A stretch of 64,000 nucleotides of DNA from Octopus sinensis. Lineage: Eukaryota. The translations under genes were made by a program, and so were the position numbers. The stretch lies in assembly GCF_006345805.1 (NCBI RefSeq), contig NC_043004.1:82212001-82276000 (forward strand), given 5' to 3'. Positions 37,571 to 50,149 of this stretch are shown piece by piece; within the stretch, counting starts at the first letter, position 1; every line of letters begins with the position of its first letter. The notes beneath the pieces were generated by a model, which saw only the letters and a program-made list of their open reading frames with translations, searched no databases and had not been told where the DNA came from.

Positions 37571-37909
37571 GAGACCTCCTTCGGTCACGACACTGACCAT
37601 GGGATTGCACCTTGAAAGTAACCCTCCCAGGCACAAGTCTGGGCAAGGTTGTTTATGGAATACCAGCAGTCGCCCATGCATACTGCCCCCCCCTTTTCCA
37701 CGCCATCAGTGTTATCCAGGGGAAAGGCAAGAGGCGATACAGCTTGGCACCTGTGACGTCGCAACTCATTTCTACAGCTGAGTGAACTGGAGCCACGTGA
37801 AATAAAGTGTCTTGCTCAAAAACAAAACACGCAGCCCGGTCCGGGATTCGAGCTCACAACCTTAGGATCGTAATCTCGACGCTCTAACCACTAAGCCATG
37901 CGCCTTCAC
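37571..37909 (-). mobile_element. tRNA-derived SINE family D
   Basis: A box TGGCTTAGTGG, B box AGCTCGAATCC, central tgagcaagacactt motif; homolog at 47345-47692 (+). Confidence 0.85.
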
Positions 37910-38539
37910 ACATGCATATATACACACACGATTTACATGCTGCTTCATGTACAAACAAACGCTCAGGCAGCCAGCATGAGCTAAAAACACCTCTAGATAC
38001 TACGAAAATGCAATATTTTCACCGATTTCCTAGTAATGATCAGCAAAATGCGAAACCGGTAGACTATATAAATAGTGTCTCATATGAAATATATAGAAAA
38101 GTAGATAAACTGTGTGCATTTTCTTTCTTTTGTCATTAATCTTTTACGAATTATCCGCTTTCCCTTTATCCAAAAGTTGAAACAAATGATTAATGCAGAT
38201 AAGTAACCGTCATCTATGCGAAGAGAGGTGATATGTACAAGGTGAGTGGAAGAGAAAAGCAGAAGAGAAATGATGATTCGGGAAAGGACTAAAAAGTATA
38301 CATGTGTGTGTATGTGTGTTTGTGTGTGTTTGTGTGTGTGTGTGTGTGTGTATGTGTGTGTGTGTGTGTATGTGAGTGAGTGTGTAGCTTACGGTTAACA
38401 TCATGCTTGAAACGCGGATAACCAGCGAATTTGAATGAAAGTGTTTTCATCCATGTGTGTTGAGTGCCCTTCTTTCGTTTGTCCACTCAGTCGTATACAC
38501 ACACGCACACAAACACACAAACACACACATATATATTCT

Positions 38540-38754
38540 TTTATTCTTTTACATGTTTTAGTAATTTGATTGCAGACATAATGGAGCACCGTCTCTAGTC
38601 GAACGAATCAACCCCAGGACATATTCTTTGTAAGCATAGTACTTATTCCGTCGGTCATTTTTGTCTAACCGCTAAGTTAAGGGGACGTAAACACACCAAC
38701 AACGGTTGTCAAGCGATGGTTGGGAGAACAAACATAGACTCACAAACACACACG

Positions 38755-38797
<43 letters not shown>

Positions 38798-38959
38798 GAC
38801 GGGATTTTTCAGTTTCCGTCTACTAAATCCACTTACAAGGCTTTGGTCGGGCCTGAGGCTATAGCAGAAGACTATTGACCAAGGTGTCACGCAGTGAGAC
38901 TGAACACGGGACCATGTGGTTGGTAAGCAAGCTTCTTACCACATAGCTACTCTTGCGCC
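38540..38959 (-). mobile_element. SINE family B, full length
   Basis: Homologous to 23455-23901. Confidence 0.88.
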
Positions 38960-39538
38960 TATATATATGCAATGAGCATTCATATTTTCTCTGTTTAACA
39001 AATTTATTAAATTCACTATCAAAATTGATTGGTCAATTGCAAAGCGAGAGTAGAAGACACCTTTGGAAGGTGCTAAGGTGCTGGTGTGTGTACGACTGAA
39101 CCCCAAAACCACGATAATCACGAAGCGAACTTATTTACCACACAGCTACGTCTGCTAACAATCTATATCCTTATATATAAATCACATGAATGTAACCTGT
39201 CCCATGTTTAACACATGACGTTAGAAATAACGTCAAATAAATTGAAGAGCGTTAGAATTAGAGTTAGTAATATTAAAAGTCTTTATGTATTTGGTGAGGA
39301 CAGATGAGAACTGTCTGGTCACATAGTGAGTTAAATATAAGAATATTCTGAAACATTTCTGAAGAAGCGGCCTGCGATTAAAATACTGAAGAAGCTATAG
39401 AATTTCTAAGTTATACAAAATATGTTTCTTCCATTGGTCTGGGAAAACCTAAAAATAATTGAAAAATCGTGATAACGTAACAAATACACACACCACACAA
39501 CACACACCACACACACACACACACACAACACACACCAC

Positions 39539-39571
<33 letters not shown>

Positions 39572-40222
39572 ATATATTATATATATATATATATATTTAC
39601 ATATATTATATATATATATATACACACAGACGTACAAATATATGTATATACATAAATATATATATATATATATATCATATATATATTTTTACATATCTGT
39701 ATATACACATTCTATATGCATATGCATACATACATATGCGTATATACATATATATATGTATATATCTTCATATACATACATATTAATATAGATGTGTGCA
39801 TATGTGTGTCTATACACACACACACACACACATATATATTTTCATTCATTCATTTCTTTTGGAGGAGATCGTGGCATCCAAACTCGGACAATAAGATCTA
39901 CATTTTGCTAAATGACACACAGGTGTCAGAAAACATGGTGTTCATCACTTGTACCAAACTTCAGCTGTAGAAATCAATAGCCAAACACGAAAGGGGACCA
40001 ATTGAGTTTCTTCTTCAAAAATTCGATTTCCTTGAAGAAAACCGATGAATATTGATTAATTAAGACTTTCCTTCAAATCTGAGGATTACCTTTTAAGTAT
40101 TTACATTCGCTGCTAGAAATAACAAGAACAGCATCCCTTAATGTTTTAATGCAATATTTGTAAAGCATTAGCGTTTTAGATTTTTCGAAGTTTTGTTTTG
40201 GTTCTTTCGCCAAGAATTATTA

Positions 40223-40253
<31 letters not shown>

Positions 40254-40319
40254 ATTATTATTATTATTATTATTATTGTTGTTGTTGTTGTTGTTGTGTT
40301 GCTGTTGTTGTTGTTGTTG

Positions 40320-40355
<36 letters not shown>

Positions 40356-40358
40356 TAC

Positions 40359-40404
<46 letters not shown>

Positions 40405-40829
40405 GTTGTTGTTGTTGTTATTATTATTATTATTATTATTATCATCATCACTATTATTATTATTAGTAGTAGTAGTAGTAGTTCAAGGAATTATTATTTT
40501 CGTTGTCCTTGTTACTTTGTTTTATACGAGCGATTCCTATTCTTACTCAGTGACAGCCACTGACAGAGCAAAATAGATGTTTTATTGTAGCTTTTTTTAA
40601 ATATTTATAATAAGAAGTAAAGCCATGCAAGACAAGCAAACCTAATACCGGAAACCAAGATCGGACTGAAAGTTTTTTTTTCTAATATTCGCAAATTTGA
40701 AATTGTTTCAAAGATACAAATATTCTCCGGTTGGGCAATGTGAATGGAAATAACTATAAAACTTCTAAGCAGTTCTAAACTATACGTTTTCCGCCACGAT
40801 AAATCGCTAGCCGCTAACATTTTTTCTAT

Positions 40830-40985
40830 TTTCTCTCCCTGTTTATTTCTGTATTCCTTTCTGTCGAAGAGCGTAGGCTCGAAACGTAAAGTCTTTCTCA
40901 CTTCCCAAGTGCTAAACTAACACATCTGTTTGTTGTTTACACACCCGTCTTTATCTTTTATTTTCTTTTGTAAATTCTCACTATA
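40830..40985 (+). mobile_element. Solo PLE-like terminus, family 2, hammerhead with A6 changed to U
   Basis: CTGTCGA-A-GAGC-GTAG-GCTC-GAAACGTA at 40861-40888. Homologs at 20870-21000 (+), 51420-51530 (-) and 62250-62410 (-). Confidence 0.7.
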
Positions 40986-41416
40986 GATTTCTAAACTCTT
41001 TATATCGTTTGTACTCGTTTAATTTCCAATTTATTATATCAAAACTATAGTTTATAACTAGCAAGTCAATTTCTATCTGTAACATCATTTCTGGCGTCGA
41101 AATCATATTTTAAATCCTAATCTGTTATTTTCGGAGAAATGTTTTTCCAATTTCCTTGGTAAATTTTATGCGTTTCGTCTTGTTAATTTGATCTTCTGCT
41201 TCCTAGTATTTATATGCTGATTCCGTTCTAATTATCTGATATGTGAGTCTGCATTTAATTTAATCATTAAATTATTTCCAGACATTTATATCACAGCATT
41301 AAATTCTGAATGCTTTCACTTTTGTTAATTTGTTCTTCTTATAGTAGCACCGTCAGCTTTGGTTAATCTCATAGACACATATGTACGTATATATACATAC
41401 ACATATACATACATAT

Positions 41417-41465
<49 letters not shown>

Positions 41466-41596
41466 TATATATATATAATATATATATATATATATTATAT
41501 ATATATATAATTATAAATAAGGGCAAAAGAAAAATTTTCTATGCTAATATACTGAAAAATAGACTTTAGATCGTCTAGCCACATACAATGTGTATG

Positions 41597-41686
<90 letters not shown>

Positions 41687-41776
41687 TCATTCATTCAATG
41701 TTTCGACCAAAGATTGGTCCAGGCCATGTCTAACTTAATAGCACCACCTGATAGGATTATTTGAATCCTGTTTAAG

Positions 41777-42990
41777 TCAAGTTTTGTTTATGGTCCATTC
41801 AAGTAGTGAGTTTTTGTTGGGTGAGTTGTATCCAATTATGGGTGGCTTATCTGATATTCCTTGAAGGAATCTATCCAGACTCCGTTTAAAGTTGATGGGA
41901 TCCTTTTCCTCTTTGATCTCTTTCGGGACAATGTTAAATAGGGCAGGGCCTGTTGAGGAAAAGAAATTATGTTGCAGTGTACATGTATGCTGTGATCTTG
42001 AATTGGGCAGGGGACGTATGGCCCGTGGTCCCAGTCTTGGATGAACCTTGAAGCTAATGTTCAGGTCGTTTGGGCAAAGTTGGCGGTATATCTCCACATC
42101 GTACAATTGATGTACCGCTCACGGCGACGCTGGAGAGAGTAGAGTTTCAAGGCTTTAAGGCGATCCCAATAATCGAGAGCAGCCATGCCTTCAATTCGTT
42201 TAGTGAGTACCCTCTGGGGTGATTCAATCCTCGAGATGCTTTGTCTTGTATGGGGAGACCACAGTGGGCAGCAGTATTCGAGGTGTGGCCGTACAAAGGA
42301 GGAGAAAAGTGGTATGATGACACCTTGTTCTCTGGACCGGAAAGTTCTTAAGATCCAGGAACTCATCTTACGAGCTATATCGACCTTCTTGTTGATGTGT
42401 GCACTCCAACTGAGATCGTCATCAACAATTACACCCAGGTCTCTGATATTGTTAGAGGCTGTGAGCGGTTCCCCTGAAGGAAGAGAGTATGGCTGTTTTA
42501 GTGAGGAATTTCTTCCAAAATGCATCAGCTCAAATTTTCCCTCGTTCAGTTGCATTTTGTTTCTGTCTGCCCATTGACTCACAGCATATAGATCAGACTG
42601 GAGTTGAGTTCGGTTTGCTTCTTCATTGACGATTTGCTGGAGCTTAGTGTCATCAGCAAATATTTTCACTTTGCAGTAATGTACGACACTGGAAAGGTCA
42701 TTTATGTAAATTATGAAGAGTAGCGGACCCAAGACAGTCCCCTAGGGGACACCGCTAGTGTCTTTTGCTGGGTTTGAGTAGACTCCATCAACTACAACAT
42801 GTGTTCTATTCGCGAGGAAATACTTTATCCAGTCTAGAACTTTTCCACGGATTCCAACATTTGCCAATTTTGAGAGTAGGATATTATGGTCTACCCTGTC
42901 GAACGCTTTACTGAAGTCAAGATATATGACATCAGAGTTCGAACCTGTTCCCAAGGCTTTGAGTACATCCATATTTGGGATCAGGACCAT
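41777..42990 (-). pseudogene. CR1-like ORF2 RT fragment
   Basis: YLDFSKAFDRVDH, SGVP*GTVLGPLLF, FADDTK, RPHLEYCCPLWSPH, LQRRRER; APE and the RT N-terminus are missing. Confidence 0.93.
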
Positions 42991-43783
42991 GGACTCTGTA
43001 TTTAGGACCGTATTTGGGGAGGAGGTGAGGGCAGTTTTTTCCCGTTATACCATATGGACAGTTGCCCTTAACAAGTCTACGACATAAGGTAGGATGGGAA
43101 AAAGCACAGCGTCCCTTGTTGCTGGTGCCGCTGGGGCCAAATCTACAGTTGCCTTGAGAATAGTAACGGCAGGGTGTTTGATATGGGTGTGGGTGTGGTA
43201 GTGGTTTTTCTATTCTGGCAGGCTCGTTGGTCAGTGGTCCTATTGTAGTAGCAGTAGCAGAGTGTTGTTGTTGTTGCTGTAGCAGCAGTGAAACTTGACC
43301 TGCAACAGTAGGGCTGGGTGGAATCGGGTCAGATACTGGTGCTAAACAAGGTGCTTCCAATGTAGTAGCAGAAGCAGGCTGTTGTTGTTGTGATAGTGAG
43401 TCCTGGCTTGCCAAGGTAGTGTTGGGTGGAATGGGTGGAATTAGGTCAGATGTTTGTTGCTGGCTATCGGGTCGTTGAAGTGACCCCTAACCTGTTGGAG
43501 TTGGGTCATTTGGTGCACTACATTCATTGACAAGGATGGCTTCTAGTGTTGCCATGTGCGTGTGGAAAATAGGAAATGTTCTTACAATCTCTTTTATTTT
43601 ATTTTCGATCTGTTTTACAGATCTGTGAAAGGATTGTTTTGCTAATTTTTCAGCTATTTTACTGTAAACATTTGCTTCGTTGTAGTGAGTGTACCAAGCG
43701 TTTATCAGTGTAGTGATTTCATTTTCAACCCAGTGGCGTTTTTGAATATTATCGGCCATATTCAGTGGGACAGTATTATACAC
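42991..43783 (-). pseudogene. CR1-like ORF1: Myb/SANT (trihelix)-like domain, Q/P linker, tandem CCCH-type zinc fingers; one premature stop
   Basis: ORFs 43487-43783 and 42932-43414 share a frame and are separated by one TAG. HWVENEITTLINAW..YSKIAEKL..RSVKQIENKIK; CRYYSQGNCRFG..CAFSHP..CRRLVKGNC..CPH. Confidence 0.75.
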
Positions 43784-44221
43784 TGTACGTCAGTTAAATT
43801 GATGGCTTAATGTATAATAGTGAATACACCGTTGAAAAGTTTGTGTCGATATATTCGGAAATGCGTGGCTATATCTAAGTGTGTGTGGGAGAGTTCAGTG
43901 TATTTAGTACAAATCAGGATGAGCGGTGTGTTTAATACAGATCAAGAAAAAAGAATTGTACTCACGGGACTAGTTTTAGAACTAGTCTTGGGTTTAGTTT
44001 TGGTTTAATTTTCTTTCTCCAGGTTGTATATAGATTTGTATAAATTTATCCTCCGGTGGTAGTAGAAGAGTAGAATAATAGAATTGAAGAATTCAAAAGT
44101 TCTGGGACTAAAAACAAGGAGAGTTTCTGCTGGCTTGAGTTGAAATATGCTTCTTTGGCTACTGACTTTGACCGGAGCTATGAAAAGTATGTCTTGTCAC
44201 GACGAATGCCCATATGTGTAT

Positions 44222-44285
<64 letters not shown>

Positions 44286-44295
44286 CATATACGTG

Positions 44296-44334
<39 letters not shown>

Positions 44335-44378
44335 CGTATATGTCTGTATGTGTATATGTATATATTTACACGTGTGTG

Positions 44379-44422
<44 letters not shown>

Positions 44423-44432
44423 ATATATATAT

Positions 44433-44634
44433 ATTTCAACTAGAAACGGAGAGAGATTAAATAATAAATAAATAAATAAAAATTTTGTGATGTATGTAGA
44501 ATAATATATTTGAAATATCTTTATTTGTCTTTGTTGTTCAAGCACATGCCACTGGGTACTCTGCGTTATTTATCTTACCTCATATTCATTTACACAGACA
44601 GACATACACACATACATATATCTATGTATATGTC

Positions 44635-44682
<48 letters not shown>

Positions 44683-44897
44683 CATAGATATATGTATGTG
44701 TGTGTATGTGTGTGTATGTGTGTGTGTATATCTCTCTGTGTAAATGAATATGAGGTAAGATAAATAACGCAGAGTACTCAGTGGCATGTGCTTGAACAAC
44801 AAAGACAAATAAAGATATTTCAAATATATTATTTTACATACATCACAAAAGTTTTATTTATTTATTTATTTAAACTCTCTCCGTTTCTAGTTGAAAT
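44433..44897. repeat. 465-bp palindrome centred on a (TA)n tract
   Basis: Arm atttcaactagaaacggagagag.. matches the reverse complement of ..ctctctccgtttctagttgaaat; mirror ORFs 44510-44743 (+) and 44590-44823 (-). Confidence 0.95.
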
Positions 44898-45253
44898 CGC
44901 TTGGTGGCAATGGGTACGACTTCCAGATGAGAAAGTGAGGGTATTCAGCAGAAAAGAAATCAAGATTAACGCATCATTCTGTAAAAGGCAATATGAATGC
45001 CTGAAGAGAAGAAGGCAGCTTTGTATAAGTTTCTTCCTCAATAAACCTCAACAGCACAGCAGTTGTTCTGCCTTATCATCAGCAGGAAACATACTAAGAC
45101 ACACAAAAGTAGGTCCATTTGCATAAGGGAAACGGAAATAAGTTCAGGGTGAGGACAATAACTTATATAACCAATGAAGACGAATAATTGTATATAAAAC
45201 GTTAGTTATAAAATCTCCTTAAAAGATCATCGCAGTAGTTGTACCGATAAGTA

Positions 45254-45572
45254 ATATCCGTAGCCACCTTAACATGGCTGTCCGTCGGAATGGACTCTAT
45301 TACGATTCTTTAACCCCAAGAGGACATTTCCTCTAGCTGGTTAATGATGCACAGTCACATCCGATAAATTGCGAGCATGGGAGTGAACTCCTACCATTTT
45401 CTATTGACGGGATCAACTGGCCAGTTCTGTTTGCGTGTTATTTTTGCTATTCATCGGTACTGGACACCTCGTCTTCTAGAGATGTTAATAGCTCGCCTCT
45501 GCTCGCAATGTACATATTTTAAGAGAACCCACAGTCGTTGATTTTGCAACAAGCAAAAAGGGTAACATTTAA
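45254..45572 (-). mobile_element. ~320-bp ORF-less dispersed repeat, copy 1, decayed hammerhead
   Basis: Co-linear with 61647-61960; minus strand reads CCAGTA-CCGATGA..CAC-GCAAAC. Confidence 0.75.
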
Positions 45573-47065
45573 GTTTCAGTCTTCTTTCAGTTTCCGTCTA
45601 CCAAATCCACTCACAAGGTTTTGGTCTGCCTGATGCCGTAGTAGAAGACACTTACCCAAGGTTCCATGCAATGGGACCGAACCCGGAACCATGTGGTTGA
45701 GAAGCAAATTTACCCTCACACAGCCATGTCTATATTTCAGTTAGCATCAGTTAGATGTGGTTTGTTTAAGCTTCCAAAATATTTTCCGCTGCACGAATGT
45801 GTACCTTTCTGAATGAGTATACGTGTTTTTATTAATAGTTGGCTTTCAATTTACAAAATTCCTGCAATTCAAAATGGTCATTTGTGTATCATACTAAAAA
45901 TATATAAATCGTAGAAAGGCCTGCTGCTGTGATTTCTGTGTTAGAGGAAAAATCTTTTCATAAACGTTGTGTTAAAAAGCACTATATTGAAGGGAAACGA
46001 ATATCGCCGCAGAAGTGATACAAGGGAACGTTCGTCGTATTTCACCTTCCTTGAGGCCCGTCAAAAAGTGTGTAGTCATTTGGGAAATGCGTGAACCGAA
46101 CTCGTGACTCGATATATGGGAAAGACTAATAACACAATCACTGATATTACTGAATACCTGATTTTCATGCAAAATGAATTCAAAAATCAATATATAAATC
46201 TACTTTGCTATATTCATAAATCTCGGATTCATCTGGTATTATGGACGCAAGTATTGGACAGAAACAAATCATAACGATACCACAGTTATAATAGAATTAA
46301 ATTAGTTGATACAGAACTTTAATAATGTTACTCATAAACGCAATGAATAAAGTGAGAAGAATGGATAACCTGAAATTCCAAGAGCTTCGCTTCTTGTTGA
46401 AATTTATTGCATTATTAAACATTTAGTTCTGATTATATCATACAATAACTATCGCATCACCCACTATTAATTACATTATGTGCGTTGAACAAATTGATTA
46501 AGCAATAATTACACGTACATGTTAACATGCTTACATATTTTCTTCATAAATTCAATATAAAATTATTGTCTAAAATTAAGTTTCATTTGAAAATGTTGTG
46601 ATAATTATAAATAATTAATACATAGTTATAGCGTTCGCATATCTCTCAAAATGAATGAATCCTTGTTGTAAACGTTAATGGCCAGGTCCTTTGATAGTGC
46701 TGTGTGGTGATTTTTTGCCTCTAGCATTAGGTTTCAGCAGTATTGATGTGGCAGGTGATCATTTATGAATTTATACGAGTGCTAAAACGCTAGCATAAAG
46801 ATAGCGGAATGCGCTAATTTTGTGAATACGTGTCTTTTATTATTCAATAAATGAAGGATATGAATCGAGGAATAATAGGTTGCTATTTCTAGCATGATGA
46901 GTGATCATGAAGAGGCTCATATATATAATGGAATAAGCTGGAAATTGTTGCTAACAGTTACTCAGTCACGTGGTGATTTGAACAAACTATATATTTTAAA
47001 ATAAATTTCCATTAAAAAATTACTATTTTAAAATCTCAGAACGAGAGATATTCAGAAACACCACA

Positions 47066-47318
47066 TTGGAGTAAAGAATTTTGCCAACATAACATGGCAG
47101 TCCTGGTTTAGGACATTCTGTGCTGATGAAAGGAAATAACCCCGAAATCACGATACACAGATATTGTTTTGAGCTGAGTGGTGTGCTCGATACCCTTGTT
47201 CAAAAATATAAGGACACAGATCGTGTCGTATCGCCAGCTGGAGACGATGTCACCTGGGGCTAAATTACGTCAACATTCGTCCTAAACATGTTATGTTGGC
47301 AAAAAATCTTTATTCCAA
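47066..47318. mobile_element. MITE-like element with ~40-bp imperfect TIRs
   Basis: ttggagtaaagaattttgccaacataacatg..tttaggac / gtcctaaacatgttatgttggcaaaaaatctttattccaa. Confidence 0.7.
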
Positions 47319-47344
47319 ATTCCATTACTCTAAAATCTACCCAT

Positions 47345-47692
47345 GAATGCGCATGGCTCAGTGGTTAGAGCGTCGGGATTACAAGTACCAGTTAGTGAGT
47401 TCGATTCCTGCACCGGGGAGTGTGTTGTGCTCTTGATCAAGATACTTTATTTTATGTTGCTCCAGTCAGCTAAGAAATGGGTTACAAATTCACTGGTGCC
47501 AAGCTGTATCGGCCCTGGACAACATCGGTGGCGTACAGAGGTGGGGAGCTGGTATGCATGTGTGACTGCTGGTCTTCCCTAAACATCCTTGCTTATGGAA
47601 CAAGGCCTGGACTTGTGCCTCGGAGGGTAACTTTCAAGGTATAATCCCAGGGACATTCACGACCGAAGAGGGTTTTTACTCTTTACCCTTTA
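47345..47692 (+). mobile_element. SINE family D
   Basis: Homologous to the reverse complement of 37571-37909. Confidence 0.82.
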
Positions 47693-47777
47693 TATTAAAA
47701 AAAAAAAAACGAAAGCACGATAAAATTGAAAATAAATTCTGGTTATTGAATCTATTATTTTCAAATTTGATGAGGTA

Positions 47778-48308
47778 CCGTAAATCCTCGAGTATAATCC
47801 GCATTTTTTCCCCAAGATTTAAAGGTCAAAATCCCTAGTGCGTACTATATACGAGGTTAAAAATGAAAAATATTTTCTAAGCAATGTCCGAATCTCTATT
47901 TGCTGTCCGGCAATGTTTATTCAGTCGCATTTTGTGATGTCGGACGCAAAAATACCTTAAGCTAAGCCTGAAAGCAATGAAATCATAAAAGAATCATTTA
48001 TAACTTGCAGTAAGCAACATTTATTAAAATAAAAGTATTCAGAACACAGAATAACATATAACAAAAACAATTTACAAATATAGTTACATTCCCATATAAC
48101 AGTTAACAACATCACCATTATTGTATTACACATGCGCGGAAGTGTTTGTTCGACTAGGTGCTGCTGGCTTGATTACGCTCGACTCAAGTGAGAGAAATTA
48201 GAGAAGGAGTGTGTATTATACACAAGGTTTAGGTTTTTCAGAGGTACAACCCCCTAAAAAAACCCTGCGTATTATACTCAAGGGCGGACTATACTCGAAG
48301 ATTTATGG
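47778..48308. mobile_element. Non-autonomous Tc1/mariner-pogo (Tc2-like) MITE
   Basis: TA TSD at 47776-47777 and 48309-48310; TIR ccgtaaatcctcgagtataatccgc / gcggactatactcgaagatttatgg; subterminal gcgtattatac-like repeats. Confidence 0.88.
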
Positions 48309-48476
48309 TAAGTGAAATACGAAAGGAATAAAATGTGGAGTTTGTGCAGTTTTAAAATACGAACAACGGAGTGCATAATCCTTCACTTAAACAACGAAAG
48401 CAGACTTGCTATAGGCATAAATACACAGTAAAATATCAAACCACTTTTGGTCCTGTAGTAAAATGACATAAAACTA

Positions 48477-48727
48477 CTCTTTTACCCTTTTACTTGTTTC
48501 AGGCATTTGACTGTGGCCATGCTGGAATACTGCCTTTAGTCGAGCAAATCGACCACAGGACTTATTCTTTGGAAGCCTAGTACTTATTCTATCGTTCACT
48601 TCTGCCGAACCGCTAAGTTACTGGAACGTAAACACACCAGCATCGGTTGTCAAGCGATGTTGGGGGCACACAAACACAAACATATACACACACACACACA
48701 TACATACATATATACATACATACATAT

Positions 48728-48780
<53 letters not shown>

Positions 48781-48943
48781 GACGGGCTTCTATTAGATTC
48801 CATCTACCAAATCCACTGACAAGACTTAGGTCAGCCCGAAGCTATAGTAGAAGACACTTGCCCAAGGTCCCACGTAGTGTGAATTAACCCGGAACCATGT
48901 GGTTGGTATGCAAGCTACTTGCCACACAGCCACTCCTACGCCT
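48477..48943 (-). mobile_element. SINE family B, full length
   Basis: Homologous to 23455-23901. Confidence 0.92.
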
Positions 48944-49362
48944 AAAAACAGTTAACAATAGCACATGTGACTTTACATGTAATCACTGGTAGCATCGATC
49001 ATACGATGAAAAGGATTTAATAACGATTTAAATGCGTAGAAAAGGATTTAATAACGAAGATGTGACCTCACACGGTAGTTGGGTAAAACATTTCAGGAAA
49101 TTTGTTTCGATCCAATTCGCTCCGAGTTCAAATCCCGCCGAGGTCAACTTTATTTCTAATACTTTCGGGTTCGATAAAAATGCATCAATCGAGGGGAAAG
49201 AAGGTGATAGTAGAAAAGGCGGTGTTAGTCTCTCGTAATTTCTTTTTATTCGTGAATTATGGTAGCTTTATATGACGATGCCTCAGAAAAAAATTTTTTA
49301 ATTTCGTAACACGAACACTTACAGAAAAAAAAAAAATCTGTTATAGTCATAACGTCTGCGAA

Positions 49363-49565
49363 GGTGGCGAGCTGGCAGAAAAGTTAGCAGGCAGGTTGAA
49401 ATGCTTAGCGGTATTTGGTCTGCCACTACGTTCTGAGTTCAAATTCCGCCGAGGTCGACTTTGCCTTTCAGGATCGATAAATTAAGTACCAGTTTCATAC
49501 TGGAGTCGATCTAATCGACTAGCCTCCTCCCAAGAATTTCGGACCTTGTGCCTAGAGTAGAAAAG
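49363..49565 (+). mobile_element. SINE family C
   Basis: Homologous to 8168-8340. Confidence 0.82.
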
Positions 49566-49903
49566 TTATATGGTCTGTAATTTTGTGGGGAGGGGCCTAG
49601 TTGATTACATCGACTCCAGTGCTCAACATAATAGAAAATACCAATTCTAATTGTTTTTTTTTTGTTCCTTTTTCTTTTGGTAGATATTTCTCATCATTAC
49701 TAGAATAACCCTGAAATTTATTTTCGTAGTTAAATGGTTAACGGAATCTACTCTGATTCAAGCATTTCTTCGAGGTTTCTGTTTTGAGAATAATACCTTC
49801 CTCCCTCCCTCTCTTCAATCATTTTTTGAAGATCTGTAGAGGACCATCTCTCCTACTAAACCCTACCCACGGCTAATAGCGAGGAAAACAAAGGTGTACT
49901 TAC

Positions 49904-50149
49904 CTTAATCGGTACACAGATCACAACAAGCAGAAGATCTGCAGACGCAAGACTCAGTAGTAATATATTTGTGATGCTTCTCATTCTGTTGTACCTGAGA
50001 ATGCAGAAAATAACCAACGAATTTCCTGTCACACCGAGGAACAGTGTAATACTGTACACAATCGACACCGGGACCAATTCTTCGAGAGGAATCACAGAAA
50101 CTGTCTTATCGTAATCGTATTCATAATCCTCTTCTTCACTTGAATTCAT
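49904..50149 (-). CDS. First coding exon (82 aa: N-terminus, TM1, TM2) of a class A neuropeptide-type GPCR; subfamily unresolved
   Basis: ATG in accATG context with an in-frame TAA just upstream; N-glycan sequon NSS; TM1 GN (GVTGNSLVI); TM2 LAxxD (SLASADLL..CVP); canonical phase-0 donor AAG|GTAAGT at 49904/49903. Confidence 0.92.

Larger units (their letters stand above)
41684..44215 (-). mobile_element. CR1-like LINE with intact ends and a large internal deletion
   Basis: 5' UTR ~44215-43784, ORF1, deletion junction near 42985, RT motifs 3-7 and C-terminus, 3' stem-loop and (TGAA)n tail at 41684-41700. Confidence 0.9.

Noticed and set aside
39355-39400. Two CTGAAGAAGC motifs
   Set aside because: No GAAAC or stems follow; at best a heavily decayed terminus.
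47118-47160. CTGATGA..CCGAAA inside a MITE
   Set aside because: No 10.1-11.1 pair, and no stem III or stem I partner.
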